Made by a program: the position numbers and the translations under genes
Part shown: one piece after another, positions 1 to 7,472 of the stretch
Layout: every line of letters begins with the position of its first letter
How positions within the stretch are numbered: the stretch's first letter is position 1
Source of the DNA: Betaproteobacteria bacterium HGW-Betaproteobacteria-11
GTDB lineage: Bacteria; Pseudomonadota; Gammaproteobacteria; Burkholderiales; Rhodocyclaceae
Direction of reading: 5' to 3'
DNA: 24,000 nt
Assembly: GCA_002842395.1 (NCBI GenBank)
Contig: PHCV01000003.1
Coordinates: 183,421 to 207,420 of the forward strand
The notes under the pieces: model-generated
Databases searched by the model: none
Told to the model about the DNA's origin: nothing
What the model saw: the letters and a program-made list of their open reading frames with translations, nothing else

Positions 1-649
1 CTCCGATCATGATATACAGGCTCATGCCAATAGCCAGCACCAGATGGCTCAGGGTCATCACCGGCGTCGCCCACAGAGCGATGAACATGCCCAGCATCAT
101 CGGATGGCGCACCGCCCTGTAAAGGAAACGGTGAGTGAACTTTGGAGGCGTGTAGGCACGGCCAAGCAGGTGCAGGAAGACCTGCCGCAAGCCGAACAGA
201 TCGAAGTGGTCGGTCAGGAAGGTGGCGACGAAGGTGATGGTCCAGCCCAAGGCAAACAAGGCGTAGATCGCATAGCGCACGAGCGGTGCGTCGACATGCC
301 AGATTTCCGGGCCGATCGGTTGCCACTGCCAGATGACCAGCAACAGTAGCAGACTCGAAACCAAGACGTAAACCGTGCGCTCCAGATACGCCGGGATCCA
401 TTGCGTCAGCCAGGCCTTGAACCAATGACGGGCCATCAGACTATGCGGCACACCGAAGACGACGATCAGCAAAAAGTCGGCGCTGGCGGCACGCCAGGGA
501 TCGGTGGCGGGAGCCGCGGAGAATGGCCAACCAGGGGGAATGAAATCGCCGACGAAGGCGACGAACACCAAGAATACGGCAAGAAAGAAAAAGTAAACCG
601 TCACGCCGAAAGTAAAGACGAACAGCCGCTGCAACACGGATGATTTCAC
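1..649 (-). CDS. Membrane methyltransferase of the ICMT/PEMT superfamily (MddA-like); partial, C-terminus lies beyond the window edge
   Basis: Absent from the ORF track because it runs off the window. My translation starts at GTG 649..647, with AGGAGG at 660..655 and a 5-nt spacer: VKSSVLQRLFVFTFGVTVYFFFLAVFLVFVAFVG...VPHSLMARHWFKAWLTQWIPAYLERTVYVL...TDHFDLFGLRQV...FLYRAVRHPMMLGMFIALWATPVMTLSHL. It is multi-TM and has the RHPxx-G motif typical of isoprenylcysteine carboxyl, phospholipid and methanethiol S-methyltransferases. Confidence 0.6.
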   Translation of the reverse strand, partial: MKSSVLQRLFVFTFGVTVYFFFLAVFLVFVAFVGDFIPPGWPFSAAPATDPWRAASADFLLIVVFGVPHSLMARHWFKAWLTQWIPAYLERTVYVLVSSLLLLLVIWQWQPIGPEIWHVDAPLVRYAIYALFALGWTITFVATFLTDHFDLFGLRQVFLHLLGRAYTPPKFTHRFLYRAVRHPMMLGMFIALWATPVMTLSHLVLAIGMSLYIMIG

Positions 650-775
650 CCACTCCTCCTTTTTTATATGACGCCAGAACCCGTCCGGAATCTATCACAA
701 ATCGATCAGCCCTCTTCCCGGACGCGGCGGGCAGATGATGATTGTCAAGTCTCGCTGCCGCAAGGCAACAGAGCA

Positions 776-1756
776 TCAGCGTGCGTAGATGGCTTTCACC
801 CGCTCGACTTCCTGCGCGATGCGCGAGCGCAGATCCTCGGGAGCCAGCACCTCGACATCGGCGCCGAACTTGAGGATATCCATCATCAGTTCACGATGAT
901 CGGTGTAGGGAAACTCGAGGAGCCAGCAGCCCTCCGCATCGAACCGGCCCTTTTGCTTCGGATGCCAGGATTCCTTGGCGACCCAGCGGGCACGTTGCGG
1001 CGTAAAGCGCAGCCTGGCCGTCTTCAACGACTTGCCGGAGAAAATGCCGTAACCGGCGCCCAGTTCCGCATCCATGGTTCGGCTCGAGACTTCGCGCGCC
1101 CGGGTTTCGAGCATGTCCACGCGTTGCAGCGAATCCAGCGCGAAACTGCGCAAGCCATTGCGCAGATGGCACCAGGCGTCGAGATACCAGTTTTCACGGT
1201 AGAACACCAGGCGTTGCGGCGAAACCTCGCGCTCGCTGACCTCGCCGCTGCCGCGTGCGAAATAGGTAATGGCCAGGCGCCTGCGCCGCAGCAGGGCGGA
1301 GCCCACCTTTTCGAAATGCACCAGCTTCAGTTCACGCCGAGCCAGGCCGAAGACCAGGATACGGCGGCGGACTTCCTCGGCTGCATCATCAGCCGAGCCC
1401 AGGAGACTATTCAGACGCGCCATCAGCGGCTGGATATGCGGCGTCAGAATCCCGCCCGGATCGAGATTGGCGAGCAGATGCTGCATGGTCAGCAAGGCAT
1501 GGATCTCGTTCGAGTTGAACCATAATCCCGGCAATTCATACTGGCCGCCACTGGCCGCAGGCGATGTGTCGAAGCGATAGCCACCGGCCTCCCGATCCCA
1601 GACGATGGGCGCGTTGAGGCGGTTGCGCATGTACTCGAGATCGCGCTTGAGCGTGGCACGGGAAACTTCCAGCGCTTCCAGCAGTTCGGCGAAGCTGACC
1701 CGCTTGCGCTCGTGGATCAGCTGGTCGATTTTGTAGAAGCGCTCAGTGCGATCCAT
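776..1756 (-). CDS. HTH plus WYL-domain transcriptional regulator (YafY/DeoR-like)
   Basis: 326-aa ORF. N-terminal HTH (RVSFAELLEALEVSRATLKRDLEYMRNRL) and a central WYL motif (VFYRENWYLDAWCHLRNGLRSF). The start overlaps the rsgA stop by 14 nt. Confidence 0.85.
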   Translation of the reverse strand: MDRTERFYKIDQLIHERKRVSFAELLEALEVSRATLKRDLEYMRNRLNAPIVWDREAGGYRFDTSPAASGGQYELPGLWFNSNEIHALLTMQHLLANLDPGGILTPHIQPLMARLNSLLGSADDAAEEVRRRILVFGLARRELKLVHFEKVGSALLRRRRLAITYFARGSGEVSEREVSPQRLVFYRENWYLDAWCHLRNGLRSFALDSLQRVDMLETRAREVSSRTMDAELGAGYGIFSGKSLKTARLRFTPQRARWVAKESWHPKQKGRFDAEGCWLLEFPYTDHRELMMDILKFGADVEVLAPEDLRSRIAQEVERVKAIYAR

Positions 1757-2609
1757 GGACAGATTCTCTGATCAGCTGATGAAAATGTTCCAGTCGTCGC
1801 GGATCGATTTCTCCGGCCGCCACCGCCTGCTTGATCGCGCAGTCGGGCTCGGCCGCATGGCGGCAGTCGCGGAAACGACAGTGGCCCAGGTGGGGACGAA
1901 ACTCAACGAAGCCATACGCGATGGCTTCCGGCGTCAGGTGCGCGAGGCCGAATTCCTGCAAACCCGGGCAGTCGATCACGATGCTGCGCTGATTCAGACG
2001 GAACAGGCGCGCATGGGTCGTCGTGTGCTTGCCGGAGTCGAGCGCCGTAGAAATTTCGCGGGTCGCCATGGCCGCCTCGGGAATCAGGGCATTGATCAGC
2101 GTCGACTTGCCCATCCCCGACTGCCCGATGAGCACCGAGGTTTCCCCTTCGAGCCAAGGCCGGAGCGGGGCCGCATCCTGCCGCGCCGACAGTTCGACCC
2201 GCTGGTAGCCGAGAGCGGCAAAAGGCTGCACACAAGCGCGCGCCGCGACCAAGGCAGCGGCCCGATCGATCTTGTTGAGCACGATGAGCGCTTTGAGTTC
2301 CTGATCTTCCGCCGCCACCAGCGCACGGGTCAGCAACAAATCGCTGAACGACGGCTCGGTCGCCACCACCAGCACCACCTGGCTGACATTGGCGGCAATC
2401 AGCTTCTGTCGGAAAGCATCGCTGCGATAGAGCAGGCTGCGGCGCGGTTCGTGCGCCTCGATCTGCCCTGTTTCGCTCAGGGTGACGCTATCGCCGACGG
2501 CGAACTGGCTTTTCTTGCCGCGCGGGAAACCCGTGGTCCGGCGGCCATCGGCAAGCTCGACCTGATAGTGCCGGCCGAAAGCGGCAACAATGCAGCCGTG
2601 CTGCATCAA
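1743..2609 (-). CDS. rsgA: Ribosome small-subunit-dependent GTPase A (RsgA/YjeQ)
   Basis: 288 aa with circularly permuted GTPase motifs: NKID (G4) precedes GQSGMGKSTLINAL (G1/P-loop). C-terminal zinc-finger cysteines CRFRDCRHAAEPDC. Confidence 0.9.
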   Translation of the reverse strand: MMQHGCIVAAFGRHYQVELADGRRTTGFPRGKKSQFAVGDSVTLSETGQIEAHEPRRSLLYRSDAFRQKLIAANVSQVVLVVATEPSFSDLLLTRALVAAEDQELKALIVLNKIDRAAALVAARACVQPFAALGYQRVELSARQDAAPLRPWLEGETSVLIGQSGMGKSTLINALIPEAAMATREISTALDSGKHTTTHARLFRLNQRSIVIDCPGLQEFGLAHLTPEAIAYGFVEFRPHLGHCRFRDCRHAAEPDCAIKQAVAAGEIDPRRLEHFHQLIRESVHGSH

Positions 2610-2615
2610 GGGTTA

Positions 2616-2954
2616 TCAGAGTGAAAAAAGCGCATCGACCTTGGCGGCACAAATCAAGTCGTTCATGCTCAAACCGCCGATCGCGTGCGTGGTGTAACTC
2701 ACCGTGCATTGGTTGTATCCCACCACCAGATCCGGGTGATGGTCTTCGCGGTGCGAAATCCACGCCGTCGCATTGACGAAGGCCAGGGTCTCGTAATAGT
2801 TCTTGAAGCGGAAGGTCTTGCGAATCACCTGCTCGTGCCGGCTCCAGCCGGGCAGTTCGCCCAAGGCACGCGCCACCTCGTCTTCGGCAAGCGGTGGCAC
2901 ACCCCCCTCGCAGGGTTTGCATTTTCCCTTGGACAAGGCACATAGCTCATTCAT
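2616..2954 (-). CDS. phhB: 4a-hydroxytetrahydrobiopterin (pterin-4-alpha-carbinolamine) dehydratase
   Basis: The track ORF is 2616..3026. I place the start at the internal ATG 2954 (MNELCALSKGKCKPCEGG...), which follows GGGAGA and avoids overlap with the upstream gene ending at 2968. PCD family signature: FKNYYETLAFVNATAWISHREDHHPDL. Confidence 0.85.
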   Translation of the reverse strand: MNELCALSKGKCKPCEGGVPPLAEDEVARALGELPGWSRHEQVIRKTFRFKNYYETLAFVNATAWISHREDHHPDLVVGYNQCTVSYTTHAIGGLSMNDLICAAKVDALFSL

Positions 2955-2967
2955 CACTGTCTCCCGA

Positions 2968-4218
2968 TCATCCACCCAGGGTACGCAAGTGCGCCACGCG
3001 CAAACTGGCCGGCGGATGCGAATCATAGAACAAAGAGTGCAGCGGATCGGGGGTCAGGGTGGCGGCATTGTCGCGGTAGAGCTTGACCAGCGCGCTGACC
3101 AGGTCGCCGGCGGCGGTCTGCCTGGCCGCATAGGCATCGGCCTGGTATTCATCGTGCCGCGACAGCGCCGAAAAAATCGGCGAAAGTGGAAAAGCGAACA
3201 CCGGCAGCACCAGCGAAAACAGCAGCAGTCCTTTCGCCGTGCCACCAGCGCCGACTTTCAGTCCCTCGTAAAACCAGGCTTGATCGATTACCTGCCCCAA
3301 CCCCCAGAGCAGTCCGAAACTGATGATGGCGAGCAGAACGATGCGCTTTTGCACATGACGGTGATGGTAATGCCCCAGTTCATGGGCCAGCACGCCTTCG
3401 ATTTCCTGCGGGGTCAGTTTGTCCAGCAGGGTATCGAAAAACACGATCCGCCGCGCCGCGCCGAAGCCCGTGAAATACGCATTGCCATGTGCCGAACGCT
3501 TCGAGCCGTCCATCACGAACAACCCCGAGACAGCAAAGCCGCAGCGCTTGAGCAAGGCCTCGATCCGCTGCTTGAGCGCGGCATCTTCGAGAGGAGCGAA
3601 TTTGTTGAACAGGGGCGCGATCACGGTCGGATAAAGCAACAGAACGAGCACATTGAAGCTGAGCCAGAACAGCCAGACATACAGCCACCAGAGCGAGCCC
3701 ATGGCCTGCATCAGCCACAAGACGGCGAGGAGCAAGGGCGCCCCGATCAGCAGGGCAAGCGCGCCACCCTTCAACAGGTCGGCAAACCACAATGACCAGG
3801 TCATTTTATTGAAGCCGAATTCCGCTTCGAGGCGGAAGGTACGGTAGAGACTCGATGGCAAGGCAATGATGAAGCCAAGCAGGCCGATGCTGCCGAACAG
3901 CGCCAGATCGTGCAGATAACCCGTACCGAACAGCCCGAGCAGCCTGCCGTCGATCGCCGCGATACCGCCGCCGACGGTCAGGACCAGCAGCCAGGCGGCA
4001 TCGACAAGGGTTTCGACGATCCCGAGCCGGACCTTGGCCGCCGCATAGTCCGCGGCGCGCTGATGCGCGGTCAGTTCGATGCTCTCGGCAAACTGGTCGG
4101 GCACGGCCCGCCGATGTGCCAGGACATGGTTTCGCTGGCGCAGGGCCAGCCCGGTGCGAAGCAAGGTCGTCAGCAGCAGTGCGGCCAAAAAGAGTATCGT
4201 CAGGAAATCCGGGGGCAT
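2968..4218 (-). CDS. M48 family membrane zinc metallopeptidase (Ste24/HtpX-like)
   Basis: 416 aa with several TM helices. HExxH zinc motif in LAHELGHYHHRHV and the C-terminal segment YDSHPPASLR typical of the M48 family. Confidence 0.85.
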   Translation of the reverse strand: MPPDFLTILFLAALLLTTLLRTGLALRQRNHVLAHRRAVPDQFAESIELTAHQRAADYAAAKVRLGIVETLVDAAWLLVLTVGGGIAAIDGRLLGLFGTGYLHDLALFGSIGLLGFIIALPSSLYRTFRLEAEFGFNKMTWSLWFADLLKGGALALLIGAPLLLAVLWLMQAMGSLWWLYVWLFWLSFNVLVLLLYPTVIAPLFNKFAPLEDAALKQRIEALLKRCGFAVSGLFVMDGSKRSAHGNAYFTGFGAARRIVFFDTLLDKLTPQEIEGVLAHELGHYHHRHVQKRIVLLAIISFGLLWGLGQVIDQAWFYEGLKVGAGGTAKGLLLFSLVLPVFAFPLSPIFSALSRHDEYQADAYAARQTAAGDLVSALVKLYRDNAATLTPDPLHSLFYDSHPPASLRVAHLRTLGG

Positions 4219-4269
4219 CGTGGGAAATATTCATCAGCGGCGAGATGCCGCAGGAACCTGCATACTACC

Positions 4270-4842
4270 TCACTCGCCGATGATGATTCGGGGCCAGGCA
4301 TGACGTGCGGCATCAACTTCGTAGAGGTCGCTTTCCGTGATCGGCCGTTTCACGCCCGGCTCGGGCGGTACGGCCAGCCGGTCCAGATCGGTTTCATACA
4401 AGCGGCCTTCGATGTGATCGCCCTGCCAGCGCAGACGGTAGTAAATACCCTTGTGTGCATCGATGCCATAGTCGGTGGTGCGTTTCCGGATGAACAGCAG
4501 GTCGTATTCCAGATCGGCAAGATCGCCGGTCGTGATCTTTCGCTCCAGAGCATAGGGATAGCCCAAATAGCATAGCGTGTAGTCCCCATTTTCCATGCAG
4601 ACAAACGGGCGCATGTTGAGGAAACGATCCTCGAAACGTTTTTTGTCGAGGCTCAGCCGGTAGTTCCAGCCTGCCCGGTCGGCCAGCGGCGAGAGCGTCA
4701 AGATAGCGATCGTCAGCCGCTTGCCGGCCGCATCCTCGAGTGCCACCGGCAACTGCCGGGCGCCTTCGGCCGCTGCCGCGGCACACATCCAGCCGAGCAT
4801 GAGAAGTATCAGAATCGAACGAAACACACGCATCGCGAACAT
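4270..4842 (-). CDS. Secreted hypothetical protein
   Basis: 190 aa. N-terminal signal peptide (ILILLMLGWMCAAAAAEG), SD AAAGGAAG upstream, non-repetitive composition, two Cys (CMENGDYTLC). It lies 27 nt downstream of the MutS-like gene on the same strand. I recognise no family. Confidence 0.6.
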   Translation of the reverse strand: MFAMRVFRSILILLMLGWMCAAAAAEGARQLPVALEDAAGKRLTIAILTLSPLADRAGWNYRLSLDKKRFEDRFLNMRPFVCMENGDYTLCYLGYPYALERKITTGDLADLEYDLLFIRKRTTDYGIDAHKGIYYRLRWQGDHIEGRLYETDLDRLAVPPEPGVKRPITESDLYEVDAARHAWPRIIIGE

Positions 4843-4869
4843 GACTTCTTCCTTTCGGAGTCGCTTGAA

Positions 4870-6600
4870 TCAGGCCGGGGCGCCGGCACCGCGTGACGCC
4901 AGGTGTTTCTCGACATCATCCTTGCTGAAACCCAGCGCCGCCGCGACACGATCGGCATGGCTGACCTTCGACACCCCGGGAATCAGGCGATGGGTCGGTT
5001 TGCCGCCGGTAAATTCGACCTGCAGATAGCGCCCCATCCCTTCCTCGCCCAGACGATTACACAATTCATGGTTGTGTGTCACCAGCAGCGTGCTGGCACC
5101 GAGCCCGTGAAAACCCTTCAGGATGTATTCCGAAATCGCCATCTTTTCTTCGTAGGTCGTCCCCTCGCCCAGTTCGTCGAGGATGGCCAGGGTGCGCGGC
5201 GTTGCATTGAAAAAAATCTCCCTGGTGCGTGTCAGTTCGTGGCCAAACCGCCCCATCTTGCCTTCCAGCCGTCCCGGATCCGGGACCTGGTAGAAAATTC
5301 GCTCGGCCGGCACCAGCCTGGCCTGTCGAGCCGGAACATAACTGCCGATCTGGCCCAGCAATTGCACCTGCGCCACCGTCTTGCAGTAGGCCGTCTTGCC
5401 GCCGCTGTTCGGCCCGGTGATCACCAGCAGCCGATCTTCGGTATCGATCGGAATGTCGTTGGGCACGTACGCCGGATTGCCTTTGCCCAGCACCGGATTC
5501 CTGACGCCAGCGGCCTGGAGTTGATGGCGCTCGGCATCAATGATCTCCGGCAACACGACCTCGCTGCCAAAAACCTGTGCATAGCGGCGGAACGAGAGCA
5601 ATTCGTCGATCGCTCCCAGCGCATCGAGGGCGCGGGCCAGCTCTTCGCTCTTTCGCCATTTTCTGCGCAGTGGATAGATGACGTTATCACGATCGGAGGT
5701 GGCGACCTGCGAGGAAACGATGACCAGCATGGGAATCAGCAGCATGAGGATGCCGACTTTCATGTGCCCCGCACCTGGAAGTAACTCGTTGGAAAAATAC
5801 GACGCCACGCTCAGCGCGGCGATGCCGAACAGGGTCGGCCCGCGCTTGAATGAAGAGGGGCTGAAACTGAAGGCGGGCAGCCAGCGCGGCTTCTCCGTCT
5901 TGGTCAGGAAATCGCCATTGACGGGGTAGACCGGCCCTTCCATCAGTGCATAGGTGCGTGAGCGGCCGAAGTCACGAATGACGTCGAACAACTCGCGCAG
6001 ATACGGGCTTTGCGGCACCGGCAACTGCTCGATACCCCGCACCAGATCCATGGCGAACTCGGTACCACTGATGAAATACTCATAGCCGTAGCCCTCGTAA
6101 TCCAGCGGTCCAAGATTGAGCAGCGCCGAGCTGCTGAACATGCCACCGCCGACAAAGCGGCCATAGAGCAGACGATAAAGCGACTTCTCGCCCTCGACCA
6201 GACGTTCGACGAAACGAGCCAAGACTCGCTCCAGCTCCGGATTCGCCTCCAGTTCACGAATGGCCTCCTGCTTGCTGCGAATCCAAGTGCCATCGACCAC
6301 CGGCCGGGCCAGGGAACGATACAGCGTCGCCCGTCCAATCCGGGTCTGCGCGTGATTGATGGCATCGAACAGCTCATCAATCTCGACGGCATCGAAGCTT
6401 GCTTCATCGAACACTCCCTCGCCACATTCCCCCGGACGAATCTGCCGCTCGGCCGGAGGCGCCTCGGCGCTCAGCAGAATTGGCGGGTACGGCGTCGCGT
6501 GCGTGGCTGAAGTCGCGCCCAACTCACCTGACTCGACGGCCACGTGATCCTCGTTCCTGCTCACCACCCTCGGCTTCGGCTCATCATACAGTTCAGCCAT
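4870..6600 (-). CDS. MutS-domain (domains III and V) ATPase with central TM segment; not a canonical mismatch-repair MutS
   Basis: 576 aa. Walker A VITGPNSGGKTAYCKTV, Walker B/MutS signature LAILDELGEGTTYEE, THNHEL. A hydrophobic stretch LFGIAALSVASYF...VGILMLLIPMLVIVSS sits mid-protein. There is no N-terminal mismatch-binding motif. SD AAGGGGGG upstream of the ATG. Confidence 0.8.
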   Translation of the reverse strand: MAELYDEPKPRVVSRNEDHVAVESGELGATSATHATPYPPILLSAEAPPAERQIRPGECGEGVFDEASFDAVEIDELFDAINHAQTRIGRATLYRSLARPVVDGTWIRSKQEAIRELEANPELERVLARFVERLVEGEKSLYRLLYGRFVGGGMFSSSALLNLGPLDYEGYGYEYFISGTEFAMDLVRGIEQLPVPQSPYLRELFDVIRDFGRSRTYALMEGPVYPVNGDFLTKTEKPRWLPAFSFSPSSFKRGPTLFGIAALSVASYFSNELLPGAGHMKVGILMLLIPMLVIVSSQVATSDRDNVIYPLRRKWRKSEELARALDALGAIDELLSFRRYAQVFGSEVVLPEIIDAERHQLQAAGVRNPVLGKGNPAYVPNDIPIDTEDRLLVITGPNSGGKTAYCKTVAQVQLLGQIGSYVPARQARLVPAERIFYQVPDPGRLEGKMGRFGHELTRTREIFFNATPRTLAILDELGEGTTYEEKMAISEYILKGFHGLGASTLLVTHNHELCNRLGEEGMGRYLQVEFTGGKPTHRLIPGVSKVSHADRVAAALGFSKDDVEKHLASRGAGAPA

Positions 6601-6645
6601 ACCCCCCCCTTATATTTTTAAGGAAACACTAAAAAGCCCGGTTTC

Positions 6646-6710
6646 GTCGTTCCCGTAAAAGTGGACCCATGAAAATCAACGAACTGGATACCCGCTTGCG
6701 CGGGAACGAC
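6646..6710. repeat. Pair of inverted, degenerate palindromic repeat units (GTCGTTCCCG ... CGGGAACGAC)
   Basis: 10-nt arms at 6646..6655 and 6701..6710 are perfect reverse complements. The right unit 6689..6710 reads, as reverse complement, GTCGTTCCCGCGCAAGCGGGTA. That closely matches GTCATTCCCGCGGAAGCGGGAAT at 7380..7402 and has its own CCCGC/GCGGG mini-hairpin. Confidence 0.7.
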
Positions 6711-6753
6711 CACCTGTTCAGCGGTTCCTTAAACAATTCCGGCGAACTCAGTG

Positions 6754-7230
6754 CTAATGATCCGTGTGCCCATCGCGCATGCCACCACCGCATTGATGCG
6801 TTGCGCCTTTACCTGCCTTGGTTTTCGGCTTGAGCGGCGCGAATTGGAACCCCTCCGCCTCCTGCCCGGGCATCTTGAGAAAAATCACAACCCCGGTTTT
6901 GGCATTCATGACGAACTCGCCTTTGCCTTTCAATGTATTTTCTCCGCCAGGCGTGAGCTTGACCTCCACCACCCTCTTGCCATTCTTTACCTTGGCCATG
7001 GCTTCGGCCCCCGCAGTCATTTGCGGCACGTTGCCGTGATCGGTGAGATAGACGTTCAGTTCGCCCGGAGTGTTGATCATCAACTCCATGTGATACGGCC
7101 CGGACATCCGCACCTGCCCACCATGGGGCGACGGAATGCTGTCCAGATATTCATTGCTATGCGCCAGGGCTGCACCAGTAAAAAACGCGAAAAAAACTGT
7201 GGTCAGAAGGGCTCTCGTTAACGAGTTCAT
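6754..7230 (-). CDS. Small periplasmic His/Met-rich protein, putative metal binding
   Basis: The track ORF starts at TTG 7236. ATG 7230 is preceded by GGAG with an 8-nt spacer. Signal peptide MNSLTRALLTTVFFAFFTGAALA, with predicted mature N-terminus HSNEY. Motif HGGQVRMSGPYHMELM and C-terminal tail THQCGGGMRDGHTDH. A perfect minus-strand TATAAT lies at 7290..7285 in the AT-rich upstream spacer, but I found no convincing -35. Confidence 0.65.
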   Translation of the reverse strand: MNSLTRALLTTVFFAFFTGAALAHSNEYLDSIPSPHGGQVRMSGPYHMELMINTPGELNVYLTDHGNVPQMTAGAEAMAKVKNGKRVVEVKLTPGGENTLKGKGEFVMNAKTGVVIFLKMPGQEAEGFQFAPLKPKTKAGKGATHQCGGGMRDGHTDH

Positions 7231-7379
7231 TTTCAATGCTCCTCATGGAATAGAAACGCCATAGTTAAAAAAACATTACCGAGTATTATAATAATAATGC
7301 TTAACGATCCCCTTGGTACTAAGCTTGTTGTTTCTAGTGTAGTGCTTGCGAATTGTCGAAACCGTCAAAACACCTCGGC

Positions 7380-7402
7380 GTCATTCCCGCGGAAGCGGGA
7401 AT
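7380..7402. repeat. Palindromic repeat unit GTCATTCCCGC-GGAA-GCGGGAAT
   Basis: Perfect 8-bp stem with a 4-nt loop (ATTCCCGC GGAA GCGGGAAT, 7383..7402). It has the form ATTCCC-N8-GGGAAT. Related copies sit at 6646..6668 (degenerate) and 6689..6710 (inverted). Confidence 0.7.
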
Positions 7403-7472
7403 CCAGTACGTTCCTGGGTCCCCGCTTCGGATGGATTGACCGCCCCAGTACTAAAATTTACCAAGCGCCACA

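Noticed and set aside
668-1525. Long plus-strand ORF (285 aa) antisense to the WYL regulator. Similar antisense ORFs include 1746..2624, 2803..3795, 4903..5784, 16022..16996, 17755..18726, 18384..19478, 20149..21231 and 22452..23621.
   Set aside because: Each lies opposite, or out of frame within, a gene with clear family motifs. Their translations are Arg/Gly/Pro/His/Gln-rich and low in complexity, as expected for stop-poor alternative frames in GC-rich DNA. None has a convincing SD or any recognisable motif.
776-1756. The WYL-domain regulator as a possible marker of a phage-defence island.
   Set aside because: Its neighbours are housekeeping genes (rsgA, pterin dehydratase, M48 peptidase) and a methyltransferase. 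I recognise no nuclease, helicase, CRISPR/Cas, BREX or other defence gene nearby.
4870-6600. The MutS-like gene as the mismatch-repair mutS, or as mutS2.
   Set aside because: It is too short (576 aa) and lacks the N-terminal mismatch-binding domain and a C-terminal Smr domain. It also has a hydrophobic central segment. It is better described as an uncharacterised MutS-domain paralog.
7380-7402. The ATTCCC-N8-GGGAAT palindrome as evidence of Neisseria origin or a filamentous-phage integration site.
   Set aside because: The base composition and gene content do not fit Neisseria. Only three short units are visible and no phage or recombinase genes are adjacent. The resemblance to dRS3 is in form only and cannot be pushed further from this window.
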